A stretch of 64,000 bases of DNA from Candidatus Micrarchaeota archaeon. GTDB taxonomy: Archaea > Iainarchaeota > Iainarchaeia > JAADDC01. Position numbers and translations under genes: made by a program. How positions within the stretch are numbered: the first letter of the stretch is position 1; each line of letters opens with the position of its first letter. Location of the stretch: NCBI GenBank assembly GCA_027046625.1, contig JALTXX010000016.1, forward strand, positions 1 through 64,000. The letters are read 5' to 3'. Of this stretch, positions 29,686 to 40,505 are shown piece after piece. Under the pieces are notes generated by a model. The model worked only from the letters and a program-made list of their open reading frames with translations, was not told the origin of the DNA and did not search any database.

Positions 29686-30283
29686 TACCCACCTCCGGTA
29701 TAACTACCTGATCAGGGAATTTTACATCAGGTTTCACAATCGCAACCTTAACACCCACGATGCCCCACTTTGTATACGCTTCTGCAAACCCCTCGTCCAC
29801 CAGCTTTGCTGGATCGCCAACCTTCTTCATATAACCCTCGTATACCCTTCCCTTCTGGGCTCTTGCGTTTCTAGCACCTAGCTTACCCTTCACTATGATT
29901 TCCGCTCCTCTTGCTCCCGCATCCATAATCCTTCTGAGAGTGGTGTTAAGAAGAGGTCTCCAAGCGGTACCCCTTTCTATGGCGAGAGCAATGCGCTCTG
30001 CCTGAACCTGGGCATCAAGAACAGGATTTTCTACGGGAATTACCTCTATCTGGGGGTTGTTTACCTGAAACATCTCCTTTATCTTCTCCGTTACCTCCCT
30101 TATCTTTGTACCCTTCTTCCCTATGATGAGTCCGGGTTTAGCGGCATATATAACGATACGCGTTAATATAGGAGTTTTAACAACATCTATTTTTGATATG
30201 AGAGCTTCCCTAAGCTCTTTTCTCAAATACTCTTTTATGAAAAGGATGGTTTTTGCATCTGAAATAATCTCTCTCTCTATCAT
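29618..30283 (-). CDS. rps3: 30S ribosomal protein S3
   Basis: PGLIIGKKG, GARGAEI..GKL. Confidence 0.96.
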   Translation of the reverse strand: MIEREIISDAKTILFIKEYLRKELREALISKIDVVKTPILTRIVIYAAKPGLIIGKKGTKIREVTEKIKEMFQVNNPQIEVIPVENPVLDAQVQAERIALAIERGTAWRPLLNTTLRRIMDAGARGAEIIVKGKLGARNARAQKGRVYEGYMKKVGDPAKLVDEGFAEAYTKWGIVGVKVAIVKPDVKFPDQVVIPEVGNVEDERTKAEVQGGTEESAKQS

Positions 30284-30723
30284 TGTACTATCACCTCTAT
30301 GTGCGTTGATTTGCTTCTCCTAAGCCTCCACCTTCCTTTAGGCTGCCTTCTTATGCGTCTAAATCCCTTTCCAATCCATATATGGACGATGCGCACCTTG
30401 TCTATATCTAAGCCTTGTTGTTCTGCGTTTGCCTCCACGTTTCTGAGAAGTTTTAAGAAATATTTAACTGTTTTATCCAGATATCTTCCCTGTTTTATAC
30501 CCTCTCGCGTACCTCTTCTGTGCCCTACTTTTTTATTATACCTTTTCAGGGGAATCCATTCCTTGTGTTCCAACACTCTCTGGAGGAGTGCAATAGCATC
30601 CCTCAATCTTCTACCCTTTATGTATCTTCCCACCTCTCTGGCCCACTTTGTGGAGACGGGAGCCTCCTTTATCATGGCCTTTGCGTGGGGCCCGTTAACG
30701 GTTGTGGCGTAGCTTTTCTTCAT
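30280..30723 (-). CDS. rpl22: 50S ribosomal protein L22
   Basis: VSTK, GRY, NAE..GLD; synteny. Confidence 0.93.
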   Translation of the reverse strand: MKKSYATTVNGPHAKAMIKEAPVSTKWAREVGRYIKGRRLRDAIALLQRVLEHKEWIPLKRYNKKVGHRRGTREGIKQGRYLDKTVKYFLKLLRNVEANAEQQGLDIDKVRIVHIWIGKGFRRIRRQPKGRWRLRRSKSTHIEVIVQ

Positions 30724-30733
30724 ACTTTCACCC

Positions 30734-31147
30734 TTACTTCTTAGGCGCTGCCTTGGATCTAGATGCTCCTACACCGGGAGCACCGTGCTGTACCATCTTC
30801 CTTGTAAGCACGAACTCTCCCAGATAATACCCTACCATCTCAGGCTTTATCCTTACAGGAACATACTCTTTTCCGTTATAAACCTCGATGGTAAGTCCTA
30901 TCATCTCGGGAATAACGGGAAAATCTCTACAGTGAGTCCTTATCCTTGGTTGTTTCTTGCCCTCCTTTATAAGTTTTTTAGCCTCTCTAATCTTTTCTAG
31001 GAGTCTGATCTCCTCCCTTTCCTGCCTCTTACCCTCCAATAACCTTTTTAGGCTTCTCCTTATTCTGGCTGGTGCAATGTCTATAAACTCCTTTATTGAT
31101 AGATTTCCCAACTCTGAGAGAGGGATACCTCTGTAACTCTTCATCAT
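30734..31147 (-). CDS. rps19: 30S ribosomal protein S19
   Basis: RTH.RD, YNGK, MVG.YLGEF. Confidence 0.96.
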   Translation of the reverse strand: MMKSYRGIPLSELGNLSIKEFIDIAPARIRRSLKRLLEGKRQEREEIRLLEKIREAKKLIKEGKKQPRIRTHCRDFPVIPEMIGLTIEVYNGKEYVPVRIKPEMVGYYLGEFVLTRKMVQHGAPGVGASRSKAAPKK

Positions 31148-31857
31148 CTCTTCCTCCTGCCAGTTCTTCTGGCAGCAATATGACCTACCTTCCTGCCGGG
31201 GGGTGTGTTTCTAGCCACCGTGGTGGGGCCAGGTGGGTGGTGTTCCTTACCTCCGTGGGGGTGGTCCACCACGTTCATGGCCACACCCCTTACCTTGGGC
31301 CACATCCTGTTCATGGCTCTCATCCAATGGTACTTCTTTCCAGCCTTTACGAAGGGTTTTTCTTTCCTTCCCCCACCCGCAACATTTCCAATAGTAGCTC
31401 TACACTTTGCATCGAACACCTTTACCTTCCCGGAGGGCAGCTTTACCAATACCTTATCCCCTACCTTGGTTTGTACTATGGCATAGGATCCGGAGCTCCT
31501 GACATACTTTCCTCCATCTCCCGGGCTGCCCTCGATGTTGAAAACAGGGGTACCCTCATCTAGTTCTCCTAAGGGAAGGATGTTGCCCACCGCAAGGGCG
31601 GCCCCTTCCCCTACTTCTATCCAATCATTTAGCATGACCCCTTCTGCAGCGGGGATGTAGTACTTCTCCCCACTTAGAGAAGTAAGTTCTACAACAGGGT
31701 ACGTTCTCCCCACATCATGGAAAATATCCGTAATCTGATACTTTTCTTTTTTGTTTAGAGGAGGATAGGAAAGCTTCTCTACCTTTCTTCTATGGTCCGG
31801 TCTTCTAAAGGAGGGGCTTCCCCTTCCCAGTCTTTGTACCCTTATTCTCTTCCCCAT
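31144..31857 (-). CDS. rpl2: 50S ribosomal protein L2
   Basis: [21 protein letters not shown]. Confidence 0.97.
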   Translation of the reverse strand: MGKRIRVQRLGRGSPSFRRPDHRRKVEKLSYPPLNKKEKYQITDIFHDVGRTYPVVELTSLSGEKYYIPAAEGVMLNDWIEVGEGAALAVGNILPLGELDEGTPVFNIEGSPGDGGKYVRSSGSYAIVQTKVGDKVLVKLPSGKVKVFDAKCRATIGNVAGGGRKEKPFVKAGKKYHWMRAMNRMWPKVRGVAMNVVDHPHGGKEHHPPGPTTVARNTPPGRKVGHIAARRTGRRKR

Positions 31858-32108
31858 TATATCACACCCAACTTGGTTGCTAGCTCTGTGGCATCATATC
31901 CTTCTTCTAATCTTACATATGCCTTCTTTCTACCATCAGGAGTGACGAGGGTGTTCACTTTTTTAACCTTGACATTGTATAGCTCTTCCACCTCTCTCTT
32001 TATTTGGCTTTTGGTGGCACCAGGCTGGACAATAAACACTATGGTATTCTGGGTATTGATGAGGTGAACAGCCTTTTCTGATATGAGAGGGTATAGTATA
32101 ACCGTCAT
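31857..32108 (-). CDS. rpl23: 50S ribosomal protein L23
   Basis: SEKA, KVNTL, KKAYV. Confidence 0.96.
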   Translation of the reverse strand: MTVILYPLISEKAVHLINTQNTIVFIVQPGATKSQIKREVEELYNVKVKKVNTLVTPDGRKKAYVRLEEGYDATELATKLGVI

Positions 32109-32908
32109 GCCATATCACCCATCTTTTCTATGGCTGATTTGCTCCATATTACCAGCCTTCCAGGGTGAGCGCCAGGCGCGAGATCCTCCGCATTGAGGTT
32201 TCTTATCTCCTTTACATCCACTCCCGGAAGATTCCTTGCAGCTCTGTAAACAGGAGAAGGTTCCGCTACCACGATAAGGACACTCTTTGGAACCTTCTTG
32301 GCTCTTCCTCTTCGCTTTCCCTTTCCTGCCCTTCTTCTTGTCCCCTCCATGGCTCTTTCCACATCTTTCCATACCCCAAGCTTTTGAAATACTTCCTTTA
32401 ACTCCTTGGTGGTTTTAACATCCTCTATTCCATCTACGATGAGCGGAATGTGTTTAACATCTTCTATTCTATGGCCTCTTAGTTCTACGTATTCCTTTAT
32501 TGCGGTAGCAGCTATTGCACTAAGAAGTGCTTTTTTCTTCTCCTTTTTGTTTATCTTCTGCCTCCATACCTTTTCTACCTTTGGCGGATGAGCCCTAGGA
32601 CCTCCAACAGCCTGGGGTACATTAGCAACCCTTCCAAACAGAATCTCTCCCCTTTCCTTGGTTCTTGGAAGTCTAGCCCTCCCCACATTTATGGTTCTTC
32701 TAAACTCCGGCAGCCTTCGCATACCTATATACTCTGCTGTAAACAACCTTCCAGCCATCTCCATACTTCCGTATGGTTGTCTTCTGGCTGATTGTATGGC
32801 AAATACAGCCCTTTTAATGAGATCCTCCCTGACCTTTTCCGTGAAGGGTGATGGGAGCTCTATCTCCCCTACTATAATACCATCCGTGGAGTAGACAGGT
32901 GCCTTCAT
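32105..32908 (-). CDS. rpl4: 50S ribosomal protein L4
   Basis: AHPPK, INKKE, RNLPGVD, LAPG.HPGRL. Confidence 0.96.
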   Translation of the reverse strand: MKAPVYSTDGIIVGEIELPSPFTEKVREDLIKRAVFAIQSARRQPYGSMEMAGRLFTAEYIGMRRLPEFRRTINVGRARLPRTKERGEILFGRVANVPQAVGGPRAHPPKVEKVWRQKINKKEKKKALLSAIAATAIKEYVELRGHRIEDVKHIPLIVDGIEDVKTTKELKEVFQKLGVWKDVERAMEGTRRRAGKGKRRGRAKKVPKSVLIVVAEPSPVYRAARNLPGVDVKEIRNLNAEDLAPGAHPGRLVIWSKSAIEKMGDMA

Positions 32909-33870
32909 GCCAGCTCACCCACCTTTACGCCACCAACCGATAGTGTAGTTCTGGGTGGTCTAATGGCCTTTCTAAGGGCTATGATCCTCTTTGAAGGGCC
33001 AGGAATGGAACCTTTCACTACAATATAATCAGAGGTTACAATGCCATAGTGTTTAAAGCCTGACTTGGGGGTAATAGGCTGCTCTTTTCCATTACCTATG
33101 AGAAAGATATACTTGTTATACTCAGTTCTTGTGTGGAAGCCCATCTGCCCTGGTCTTGGAACGGTCCACATTACCTTTGCAGGGTGCCATGGACCTATAG
33201 AGCCCACACCTCTCTTTGTTTTCTCTTTTTTATGCCCAAACTCAAACACGCCAAACCTTTTTACAACACCTTGGAACCCCTTACCCTTTGTAACCGCCTT
33301 TACGTCTATGTACTCTCCTGCAGAGAATACTGAAGAGATGGGAATCTCTTTGCCCAGCACCTCTTTCCCGTACTCTATAGCCCTTTCTACAGGGCCACCT
33401 ATTGCTATTTCTCCTATATCAGGGGTCTTCTTAAGCCCTATTAGCCAAGGCTGTGTGGATATGAGCAATCTAACCGCCTTTATACCATTCAGGCTTTCCG
33501 GCCATGTGTGATCTACTTTTTCTGGTGGTGTGATCCTTCTTTCCATATATTTTGGAAGCTTCTCCGCCCAGATCTCTGTGATAGTGTATAACCTCCCTCC
33601 ATTGTCTCCATAGAATCTTACACCATAAACAAAGAGGGGCGGCGTTTCTATTACTGTGGCGGCAGAGAAGACCTCTTTTCCAGAGGTTGGGGTCCTCTTC
33701 CTAGCATCTGTATAGAAAAGGTGTATCATGCCAGCTTTATAACCATAAAAGCCTAACGGCCTTGTTTCATTGGAAGAAGGCCAGCTTCTAAACCTTGGAA
33801 CGATTCTCTTTGCTCTCTTTCTTGGATAAAATGCAAGGGACCCCCTTCTGGGAGCTGTCCTTCTAGGCAT
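32905..33870 (-). CDS. rpl3: 50S ribosomal protein L3
   Basis: PRRGSL, YKAGM, TKGKGFQG, GQMG. Confidence 0.97.
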   Translation of the reverse strand: MPRRTAPRRGSLAFYPRKRAKRIVPRFRSWPSSNETRPLGFYGYKAGMIHLFYTDARKRTPTSGKEVFSAATVIETPPLFVYGVRFYGDNGGRLYTITEIWAEKLPKYMERRITPPEKVDHTWPESLNGIKAVRLLISTQPWLIGLKKTPDIGEIAIGGPVERAIEYGKEVLGKEIPISSVFSAGEYIDVKAVTKGKGFQGVVKRFGVFEFGHKKEKTKRGVGSIGPWHPAKVMWTVPRPGQMGFHTRTEYNKYIFLIGNGKEQPITPKSGFKHYGIVTSDYIVVKGSIPGPSKRIIALRKAIRPPRTTLSVGGVKVGELA

Positions 33871-33940
33871 AGAGTATCACCTGCCGGGTGATATGAGAGA
33901 ACAGGAGGGGTTATAAACCTTAAAGACCCTTCCATATAGC

Positions 33941-34585
33941 ATGCTGGAGGATGTGTTGATATGGCTTCAGCAGGCTCTCATGCTGGGAGGGTTAGCACTT
34001 ATCATTACAGCCATAGGTTATGCAGTAGCTATTTTTGTGGAAGGTCTGGTGGGAAGGGCTTACAGATATTTGGGAATAAAGGAGTACATGGAGGCATCCG
34101 GATTTGAGAGAGCTATTGCCGGGATAGAATTTGAGCTTGTCATTAAGGAGTTAATAAAGTGGTGGGTATTCCTAGTATTCATCATACAGGCGGCTTCCAC
34201 TCTTGGTTTGATGGAAATAGTAAGATTCTTTTCTATTATAATGGGAGGCTATACATCTCTAACCCTGGCCATTATATACCTCTCGGGTGGTGCAATTCTA
34301 GCCCATTACCTTTACAGAAGGCTTGAGGAGGCCGGTGTGGTTGGAGGTAGACTTACCGCAAGGGTGGTAAAGTGGGTGGTCATATACATCTCCCTTGTTA
34401 CAGCATTCAGACTTGTGGGATTCAGCGGTATAGAATTCCTTAACAGGATAGTGGAACTCCTCATTACAGCCTTTGTGATAGCCTTTGGACTGGGGATGGG
34501 TATTGCCTTTGGATTGGGAGGTCAGGATACCGCTAAAAAGCTTATTGAAAAGTATAAATCCTCCCTTGAGAAGGTATTAGAATGA
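33941..34585 (+). CDS. Conserved TM-helix-repeat membrane protein (MscS N-terminal-like)
   Basis: Five or six TM segments; AFGLGMGIAFGLGGQD motif. Confidence 0.8.
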   Translation: MLEDVLIWLQQALMLGGLALIITAIGYAVAIFVEGLVGRAYRYLGIKEYMEASGFERAIAGIEFELVIKELIKWWVFLVFIIQAASTLGLMEIVRFFSIIMGGYTSLTLAIIYLSGGAILAHYLYRRLEEAGVVGGRLTARVVKWVVIYISLVTAFRLVGFSGIEFLNRIVELLITAFVIAFGLGMGIAFGLGGQDTAKKLIEKYKSSLEKVLE

Positions 34586-35037
34586 TCCTAGACGCCTCTT
34601 TCTTCATAAATGGAAGATACTCCCTTGTAAAAGGGGTTACCACTTCTAAAGTGGTGGAGGAGTTGAAAACTTCATCCTATGAGATATTCCTGTCCTCTGA
34701 TGTGAGAATAGAGGAACCATCACCCTGTTATGTATCCCTTGTCAGGAAAAAACTGAGAGAAATAGGGGAAAGGAAGCTTTCGGAGGCCGATATATCGGTA
34801 CTTGCGCTTTCTCTCCAGAGGAAAGAGCCCCTTGTAACGGATGACTATAATCTGCAGAATGTAGCCTTATTATTGGGCATAGAGGTTTACGACACTGGTA
34901 TGGGGAGAGTGAGGAGTATCAGGGTATATGAAAGGAAATGCCCAGTTTGTGGAAAGAGAACAGAGAAAGAAATATGTACATCCTGTGGAACAAAAACAAA
35001 AGTTAATGCTATTCCAGCTGGGAAAGGTGGGAAATAA
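34582..35037 (+). CDS. nob1: Nob1 PIN endonuclease
   Basis: ILDAS, LSEAD, TDDYNLQNVA, C-terminal Zn ribbon. Confidence 0.9.
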   Translation: MILDASFFINGRYSLVKGVTTSKVVEELKTSSYEIFLSSDVRIEEPSPCYVSLVRKKLREIGERKLSEADISVLALSLQRKEPLVTDDYNLQNVALLLGIEVYDTGMGRVRSIRVYERKCPVCGKRTEKEICTSCGTKTKVNAIPAGKGGK

Positions 35038-35686
35038 TCTTTACAATAAGGTTTTTTATCCTCTCTCTGAAGAAGTACAGTGCCAGCAATACAAGGAATA
35101 AGGCAATCCATTCCATCTGGAAGGATAGCATGTACTTTGAGATGGAAGGAACTGTATAAAGTTGGGGGTAGCGATATACCAACCTAAAAGGCTCCCCTGA
35201 TTGTAGGGGACCCCTCCATACAATATAATTCTCTCCCATCTCTTGAGGCTCGGGGGAAACACTCTCTATGTAACCTTTGGGAACTTCTATCTTGATGGAC
35301 ATCTTTCCGGGAAGTACTATTAGACCTCCTGATAGTGGAAGCTTAAAGCTATCAAAAAGGAAGGTTTTCCACAATATCTCATTCCTTATTTCTCTTGCAT
35401 TGCAGGTATAGTTTACAACGATGGATGGGGCGATCTCCCTCACGATGGACAGGGAAACCCTTTTTGCTTCGCATAGGAAGGTATCGAGCATTTCTATTTC
35501 ATACTTCCACAGGGAATACCTAAAGCCTATCTCAGAGGCTATTCTTCCAAGATTCTGCTCTAAATCCGAGGAAAAGTAGTAGGTTTGTTGCACCTTTAGG
35601 ATAGGACCCTCTGCAACTGCATAAACATCTATCTGAAGTGGTTGTATGGCTCCGTATGCAAGGGGGATGAGGAGGAGCCAAAGCAT
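35009..35686 (-). CDS. Secreted, membrane-anchored hypothetical protein
   Basis: N-terminal signal peptide and C-terminal TM. Confidence 0.7.
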   Translation of the reverse strand: MLWLLLIPLAYGAIQPLQIDVYAVAEGPILKVQQTYYFSSDLEQNLGRIASEIGFRYSLWKYEIEMLDTFLCEAKRVSLSIVREIAPSIVVNYTCNAREIRNEILWKTFLFDSFKLPLSGGLIVLPGKMSIKIEVPKGYIESVSPEPQEMGENYIVWRGPLQSGEPFRLVYRYPQLYTVPSISKYMLSFQMEWIALFLVLLALYFFRERIKNLIVKIISHLSQLE

Positions 35687-35708
35687 GTATAACTATAGAT
35701 CTGGTAAC

Positions 35709-36593
35709 TTATAACTCTACGGTCATAAGATCTTCCGCCACCTCTACATAAGGGAAAACTTCTTTCGCCTCCTCTAGGAGAGGAGTGGGATCTCTGTAAC
35801 GAGGAGAGATATGATAAAGGAATAGTTTCTTTGCACCTATCTTTTTTGCCACCTCGGCAGCCTGTCTTGCGGTGGAATGTTTTACCTCCTCTGCTTTTTC
35901 CCTTTCTCCTTCCCCAAAGGCACTATCATGGATGAGATAGTCTACAGGAGGTATATAGGTGGGTGCGGTATCCACGAAATAGCCTATAGATCTACCCTTT
36001 ACAAGGGTAGTATACTCCTCGGGAGAGAGCTCTATACCATTCCAGGTGACTGTCTCTCCAGCCTTTAACCTTCTGTATATTCTCCAATCATTTACACCTA
36101 CCTTTTCTAGCTTATCTTTTAGCAGCTTCCTCCTGTCTTTCTCCCTGAATATATATCCAAAGGTCTCTGTTGTATGGTCAAGCCTCACGGCTTCTATGTG
36201 GAACTCCCTCCCCTCAAATATGGTGCCTTCCCTTACAGGGATCCACGCAATGGGGAAAAGGGGAAAGAGGGGGATTGCATGTACTAACCATCTCACCCTT
36301 CTAAGGGCTGTTGGGGGGAGAAAAATGTAGAGAGGTTTCCTTCGGTTGTTTAACAACATGGTGTTTATAATGCCAGGCAGCCCAAATACATGATCTCCAT
36401 GGAGATGGGTAATGAATATGGCGTCTATGGAGGTGGGAGATATGCCTGCAAGTGTTAGCTGCCTCTGTGTGCCCTCTCCACAATCAAACAAAATACTATA
36501 CCCGTTGTAGGATATGTGGACGGCTGGGAGACCCCTTTCCTTGGTAGGTACAGATGCAGATGTCCCAAGGAAGGTTAGCCTTATGGGCTGCAT
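35709..36593 (-). CDS. rnz: Ribonuclease Z
   Basis: LGTSASVP, DCGEGTQ, THLHGDH, HST, HISPRY. Confidence 0.96.
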   Translation of the reverse strand: MQPIRLTFLGTSASVPTKERGLPAVHISYNGYSILFDCGEGTQRQLTLAGISPTSIDAIFITHLHGDHVFGLPGIINTMLLNNRRKPLYIFLPPTALRRVRWLVHAIPLFPLFPIAWIPVREGTIFEGREFHIEAVRLDHTTETFGYIFREKDRRKLLKDKLEKVGVNDWRIYRRLKAGETVTWNGIELSPEEYTTLVKGRSIGYFVDTAPTYIPPVDYLIHDSAFGEGEREKAEEVKHSTARQAAEVAKKIGAKKLFLYHISPRYRDPTPLLEEAKEVFPYVEVAEDLMTVEL

Positions 36594-37492
36594 AGAAATA
36601 CCCACCTCGTAAGGGAAGAGTGTACCCTTCTCCTTAACTGTTTAACGATGGTAAATCCACTCTTCTCAATGAGGGCAGATCCATCAAAGGGAAGCACAAT
36701 AACAAGGGATTTTCTCACTATGTTGTGGGCCCTCTTCAGGAATCTATAGTAAAGATCCCTCCCCCTTAGGGTGGAGGATCTGCCGTAGGGAGGGTCTGTA
36801 ACTATGATGTCAACCTCTTCCTCCACCTTTAGGGCATCCCCTCTATAAACATCGCCCCTTATCCTGTAGTATTCCAAATTTCTCTTACACCCCTCCACCA
36901 TATCCTCCCTTATGTCAACTCCTATAACCTTTGCCCTTATCAGTCCAGCCTCTATCAGTATGCCACCAGCTCCACAGAAGGGGTCTAATACCGTATCTCC
37001 TCTCATTACCCCTGCTGCATTTACTAACAGTCTAGCATCTCTCGCATTCATAGATGAGGGATGGAAGAATGGCCTGTTTCTTGCATCTCGAGAGGAGAAA
37101 TCTTTACCCTTTATTATCTTTGCATGAGAGAGTACGTGGTATTTATCCCCCTTGTGTACGTATATGACGTTTTTAGGATGTTCTAGGTCAACCTTTCCAT
37201 CTAACCACCAGCCTACCTTCTCAGTAATGACCCCTCTAACTGCAAACGGACTCTTTAACACCCATCTCCTGAGACTCACTATCTTCTCTGGTATTTCTCC
37301 TTCTCTTCTAAAGGAGAACTCATATCTTCCCACAACCTTTGCAAAGGCAAGCTGATAGAACCTATCGTGGTAACGGGAGACGTAGAGATTTTTATCCAAT
37401 CTTTTGAACTTAGCTCCCAGTGCTCTTGAAATGCCCGTTATCTCCATAAGAAGCTCCCCTTTTAGTCCCCCGTCTACAATGCCTACCTTCAC
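36581..37492 (-). CDS. trm11: tRNA m2G10 methyltransferase Trm11/TrmG10
   Basis: RPFFHPSS, LDPFCGAGG, DPPYG, VHSSLTR; GTG start 28 nt from a TATA box. Confidence 0.88.
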   Translation of the reverse strand: MKVGIVDGGLKGELLMEITGISRALGAKFKRLDKNLYVSRYHDRFYQLAFAKVVGRYEFSFRREGEIPEKIVSLRRWVLKSPFAVRGVITEKVGWWLDGKVDLEHPKNVIYVHKGDKYHVLSHAKIIKGKDFSSRDARNRPFFHPSSMNARDARLLVNAAGVMRGDTVLDPFCGAGGILIEAGLIRAKVIGVDIREDMVEGCKRNLEYYRIRGDVYRGDALKVEEEVDIIVTDPPYGRSSTLRGRDLYYRFLKRAHNIVRKSLVIVLPFDGSALIEKSGFTIVKQLRRRVHSSLTRWVFLCSP

Positions 37493-37525
37493 GTTTTTAA
37501 CAGCATTGTAACAACTTAAACACGT

Positions 37526-39400
37526 ATGGATTTCCGTACCACAGAAGAGATACCTGTACCTGAAAGGCTTATAGACCAGGTTATAGGACAGGAAAGGGCT
37601 GTATCTACTGTAAAACGTGCGGTTAAGCAGAGAAGGCATGTTATGTTGGTTGGTCCCCCCGGCACAGGTAAGTCTATGCTTGCCAGAGCGGTGGCAGAAC
37701 TCCTGCCGGCTAAGGATCTGGAAGATATTCTTGTGTACCCCAACTTCAAGGATGAAAATACTCCACTCATAAGAACCGTTCCTGCAGGGCAGGGAAAGCT
37801 CATTGTGGAAAGGGAACGTATGGAGGCAATAAGAAGAGCTCAGCGAACTGCTTTGTTGTTTCTAATTCTTCCGCTACTGTTTGGTACATTTTTAACCTAT
37901 TTGTGGTACACAAAGGCCATCTCAGATATTGTGTATGTAGGATTTCTGGTTACTATTACTATACTTACTGGTATTTCCATGTTTGCCATGAATACAAGGT
38001 TTAATCCAGAGAATGAGGTACCAAAGCTCCTGGTAGACAATAGTGAGAGAAAAACAGCACCTTTCATAGATGCCACAGGCGCGAGGGCTGGTGCCATGTT
38101 GGGAGACGTAAGACATGACCCTTTCCAGAGTGGTGGTTTAGGAACCCCTGCGCATTTGAGGGTGGAGCCAGGAGCTATTCACAGAGCTCATAAGGGTGTT
38201 TTGTTCATAGATGAGATAGGAACGTTACCATATTACATCCAGCAAGAACTACTTACAGCCATACAGGAGAAAAAATATCCTATAAAAGGGCAAAGTGAAC
38301 GCTCTGCAGGCGCTATGGTAAAAACAGAGCCTGTACCATGTGATTTTGTGCTTATAGTGGCGGGAAACGTAGAAGATATAAGGAGGATGCACCCCGCTCT
38401 TAGATCAAGAATAAAGGGGTATGGATATGAAGTTTACCTCAACGAATATATGGATGACAATGAGGAAAATAGATACAAACTAGCTCAGTTTGTGGCCCAA
38501 GAGGTAAAAAAGGATGGCAAAATCCCCCACTTTACCAGGGAGGCCGTTGAAATAATCATTAGAGAGGCAAGACGCATGTCCGGTAAGAAGGGAAAGCTAA
38601 CCCTTAGATTGAGGGAATTGGGAGGCATTGTGAGAGCTGCAGGGGATATAGCCAAGGAGAAAGGTCATAAGTATGTACTACCCGAGGATGTGGAGGAAGC
38701 CATATCCATTGCAAAACCTTTGGAGGATCAGATTGCAGAGCGTATAGCGGAGAATCAGAGGGAATATTCCGTAATACTAACGGAAGGCTATGTGGTGGGG
38801 AGAGTAAACGGACTTGCAGTTTTGGGTAACTCTAACAAGGGAGTAGTTATACCCATAGAGGCGGAGGTGGCACCGGCCCAATCCAGAGAGGGCGGTAGAA
38901 TTATTGCAACAGGGGGCCTTATGAGAATAGCAAAGGAAGCTGTTTCCAACGTATCAGCCATTGTAAAGAAGGTAACCAGCAAGGATCTGAAGGATTATGA
39001 CATACATGTGCAATTTTTACAGACATACCACGGAGTGGAGGGAGACTCTGCGTCCGTTTCCGTGGCAACCGCTATCATATCAGCCCTCGAAGGAATTCCC
39101 GTAGATCAGTCAGTAGCAATGACAGGATCCCTCTCTGTGAGGGGCGAAGTGCTACCTGTAGGAGGTGTATCTGCAAAAATAATGGCCGCATACGAGGCAG
39201 GCATAAGGAAAGTAATAGTGCCCTATGCAAATAGGGGAGATATAAACCTCCCGGAAGAGGTGAGAGACAGAGTGGAGATTATATACGTCAAGAGAATAGA
39301 CGAGGTACTCAGGTATGCATTGAAGAGGGATAATAGGCTGGAAAAGATACTTGATGCTCTATCCTCACTCTTTACCTCTGTTGCACCTTCTCCGGGCTGA
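37526..39400 (+). CDS. lonB: Archaeal membrane Lon protease LonB
   Basis: GPPGTGKS, two TMs, DEI, GDSAS, catalytic Lys. Confidence 0.97.
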   Translation: MDFRTTEEIPVPERLIDQVIGQERAVSTVKRAVKQRRHVMLVGPPGTGKSMLARAVAELLPAKDLEDILVYPNFKDENTPLIRTVPAGQGKLIVERERMEAIRRAQRTALLFLILPLLFGTFLTYLWYTKAISDIVYVGFLVTITILTGISMFAMNTRFNPENEVPKLLVDNSERKTAPFIDATGARAGAMLGDVRHDPFQSGGLGTPAHLRVEPGAIHRAHKGVLFIDEIGTLPYYIQQELLTAIQEKKYPIKGQSERSAGAMVKTEPVPCDFVLIVAGNVEDIRRMHPALRSRIKGYGYEVYLNEYMDDNEENRYKLAQFVAQEVKKDGKIPHFTREAVEIIIREARRMSGKKGKLTLRLRELGGIVRAAGDIAKEKGHKYVLPEDVEEAISIAKPLEDQIAERIAENQREYSVILTEGYVVGRVNGLAVLGNSNKGVVIPIEAEVAPAQSREGGRIIATGGLMRIAKEAVSNVSAIVKKVTSKDLKDYDIHVQFLQTYHGVEGDSASVSVATAIISALEGIPVDQSVAMTGSLSVRGEVLPVGGVSAKIMAAYEAGIRKVIVPYANRGDINLPEEVRDRVEIIYVKRIDEVLRYALKRDNRLEKILDALSSLFTSVAPSPG

Positions 39401-40505
39401 TGATGAAACCAATGGGGGACTGGGGTTTTAGGAGCTCCCTAAGGTATGAGGTGGCATACGTGCCGGCCGGCAAGAAAAAAGAAACGGTGTTGCCCTCTAC
39501 CCTTAGGTGTTTGGGGTACTCTATAGTGTTTCTCTCTTCCCCATAGGTGGAAAATCGTTTCCATCGTTTGAAGTGCTCCTTTGTGATGCCATCCTCATCC
39601 AGTAGCTCCTTTTCCACCCCAGAAGGAAACACCTTGTAGCCAGGGACGATAAGGGTATCCTCGTTTGAGATGGAAAGAGCCTTGTTGAATATATAGGATT
39701 GGTATGCGTGAATAAAGAGGGAAATAAGATTAGGAGGGAGGGATAGAAGAGCAGACTTGAAATCCTTGCCCTTTGAAAGTTCAGACAGTATGCTTCTCTC
39801 CTTTCTCAGATTATGAGGAAAGTACCGGAGAGCCTCCTTAATATTCCACTCTTTCTCCAACCTCCTTCTGGCTTCCTGGGTTTCTGGTGGCTCCCATGGG
39901 GATGTGGCTGTTAGATACACCCTTACCGCCTCCTCAAAGTCCTCAAGGAGGATATACTTTCCAACTCTGTGGGACACAAACCTATAAGAGCCAAACCTCT
40001 GATGGCCAAAGTAGTTTAGAAACTTTTCGGGTACCCACTCAAGATTGCATCCGTATATTCTTACCCTAAACCAGTTTCCCTTTAGCTGACCTCTTCTAAG
40101 CTTTCTTCTCATATAAATGGGTGTGTGGAAAGCCACATCCTTAATATTCAAAGATCTGATATCCCCCCATTTTACCTTCCAGAGGCTTATCCATTGAGCG
40201 GTGAGTGCAAATTTATCCTTTGTTCCCGCAAAGGATATTCTGCTCCGAGAAATATGAAGTTCTCTTGCGATCTTCCTTATAATATCGTTGGTGTCCCAGT
40301 CCCTTTTTTCCATTACCACATAAAGATACTCCCCTTCTCCCTCTGGCTTCATGGGAGCTTTCTGATTGTTTAAGATGCGTATGGAAGCCTTTCCCAAAGG
40401 ACCTTCTTCTTCTACCACAAAATCCTCAGGCTCTCTTCTTGTATAGCCCCTACATTCTTCCCTGTAGAGATACCGTTCTATACCTATCTCTCTTTCCCAC
40501 TCCAT
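39372..40505 (-). CDS. truD: tRNA pseudouridine(13) synthase TruD
   Basis: EDFVVEE, AGTKD, GN.F, NYFG.QRFG, GTYAT. Confidence 0.95.
   Translation of the reverse strand: MEWEREIGIERYLYREECRGYTRREPEDFVVEEEGPLGKASIRILNNQKAPMKPEGEGEYLYVVMEKRDWDTNDIIRKIARELHISRSRISFAGTKDKFALTAQWISLWKVKWGDIRSLNIKDVAFHTPIYMRRKLRRGQLKGNWFRVRIYGCNLEWVPEKFLNYFGHQRFGSYRFVSHRVGKYILLEDFEEAVRVYLTATSPWEPPETQEARRRLEKEWNIKEALRYFPHNLRKERSILSELSKGKDFKSALLSLPPNLISLFIHAYQSYIFNKALSISNEDTLIVPGYKVFPSGVEKELLDEDGITKEHFKRWKRFSTYGEERNTIEYPKHLRVEGNTVSFFLPAGTYATSYLRELLKPQSPIGFIISPEKVQQR

Noticed and set aside
15990-33511. Numerous 60-155 aa antisense ORFs opposite r-protein genes
   Set aside because: Ser/Leu/Phe-rich shadows of purine-rich coding strands, with no recognisable motifs.
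37493-37639. N-terminal extensions in the ORF track (trm11, rnhB, truD, rps2, rps13, rpoN, pilin at 58352)
   Set aside because: They overlap neighbouring genes or promoters. Downstream starts fit the family N-termini and the TATA/SD spacing.
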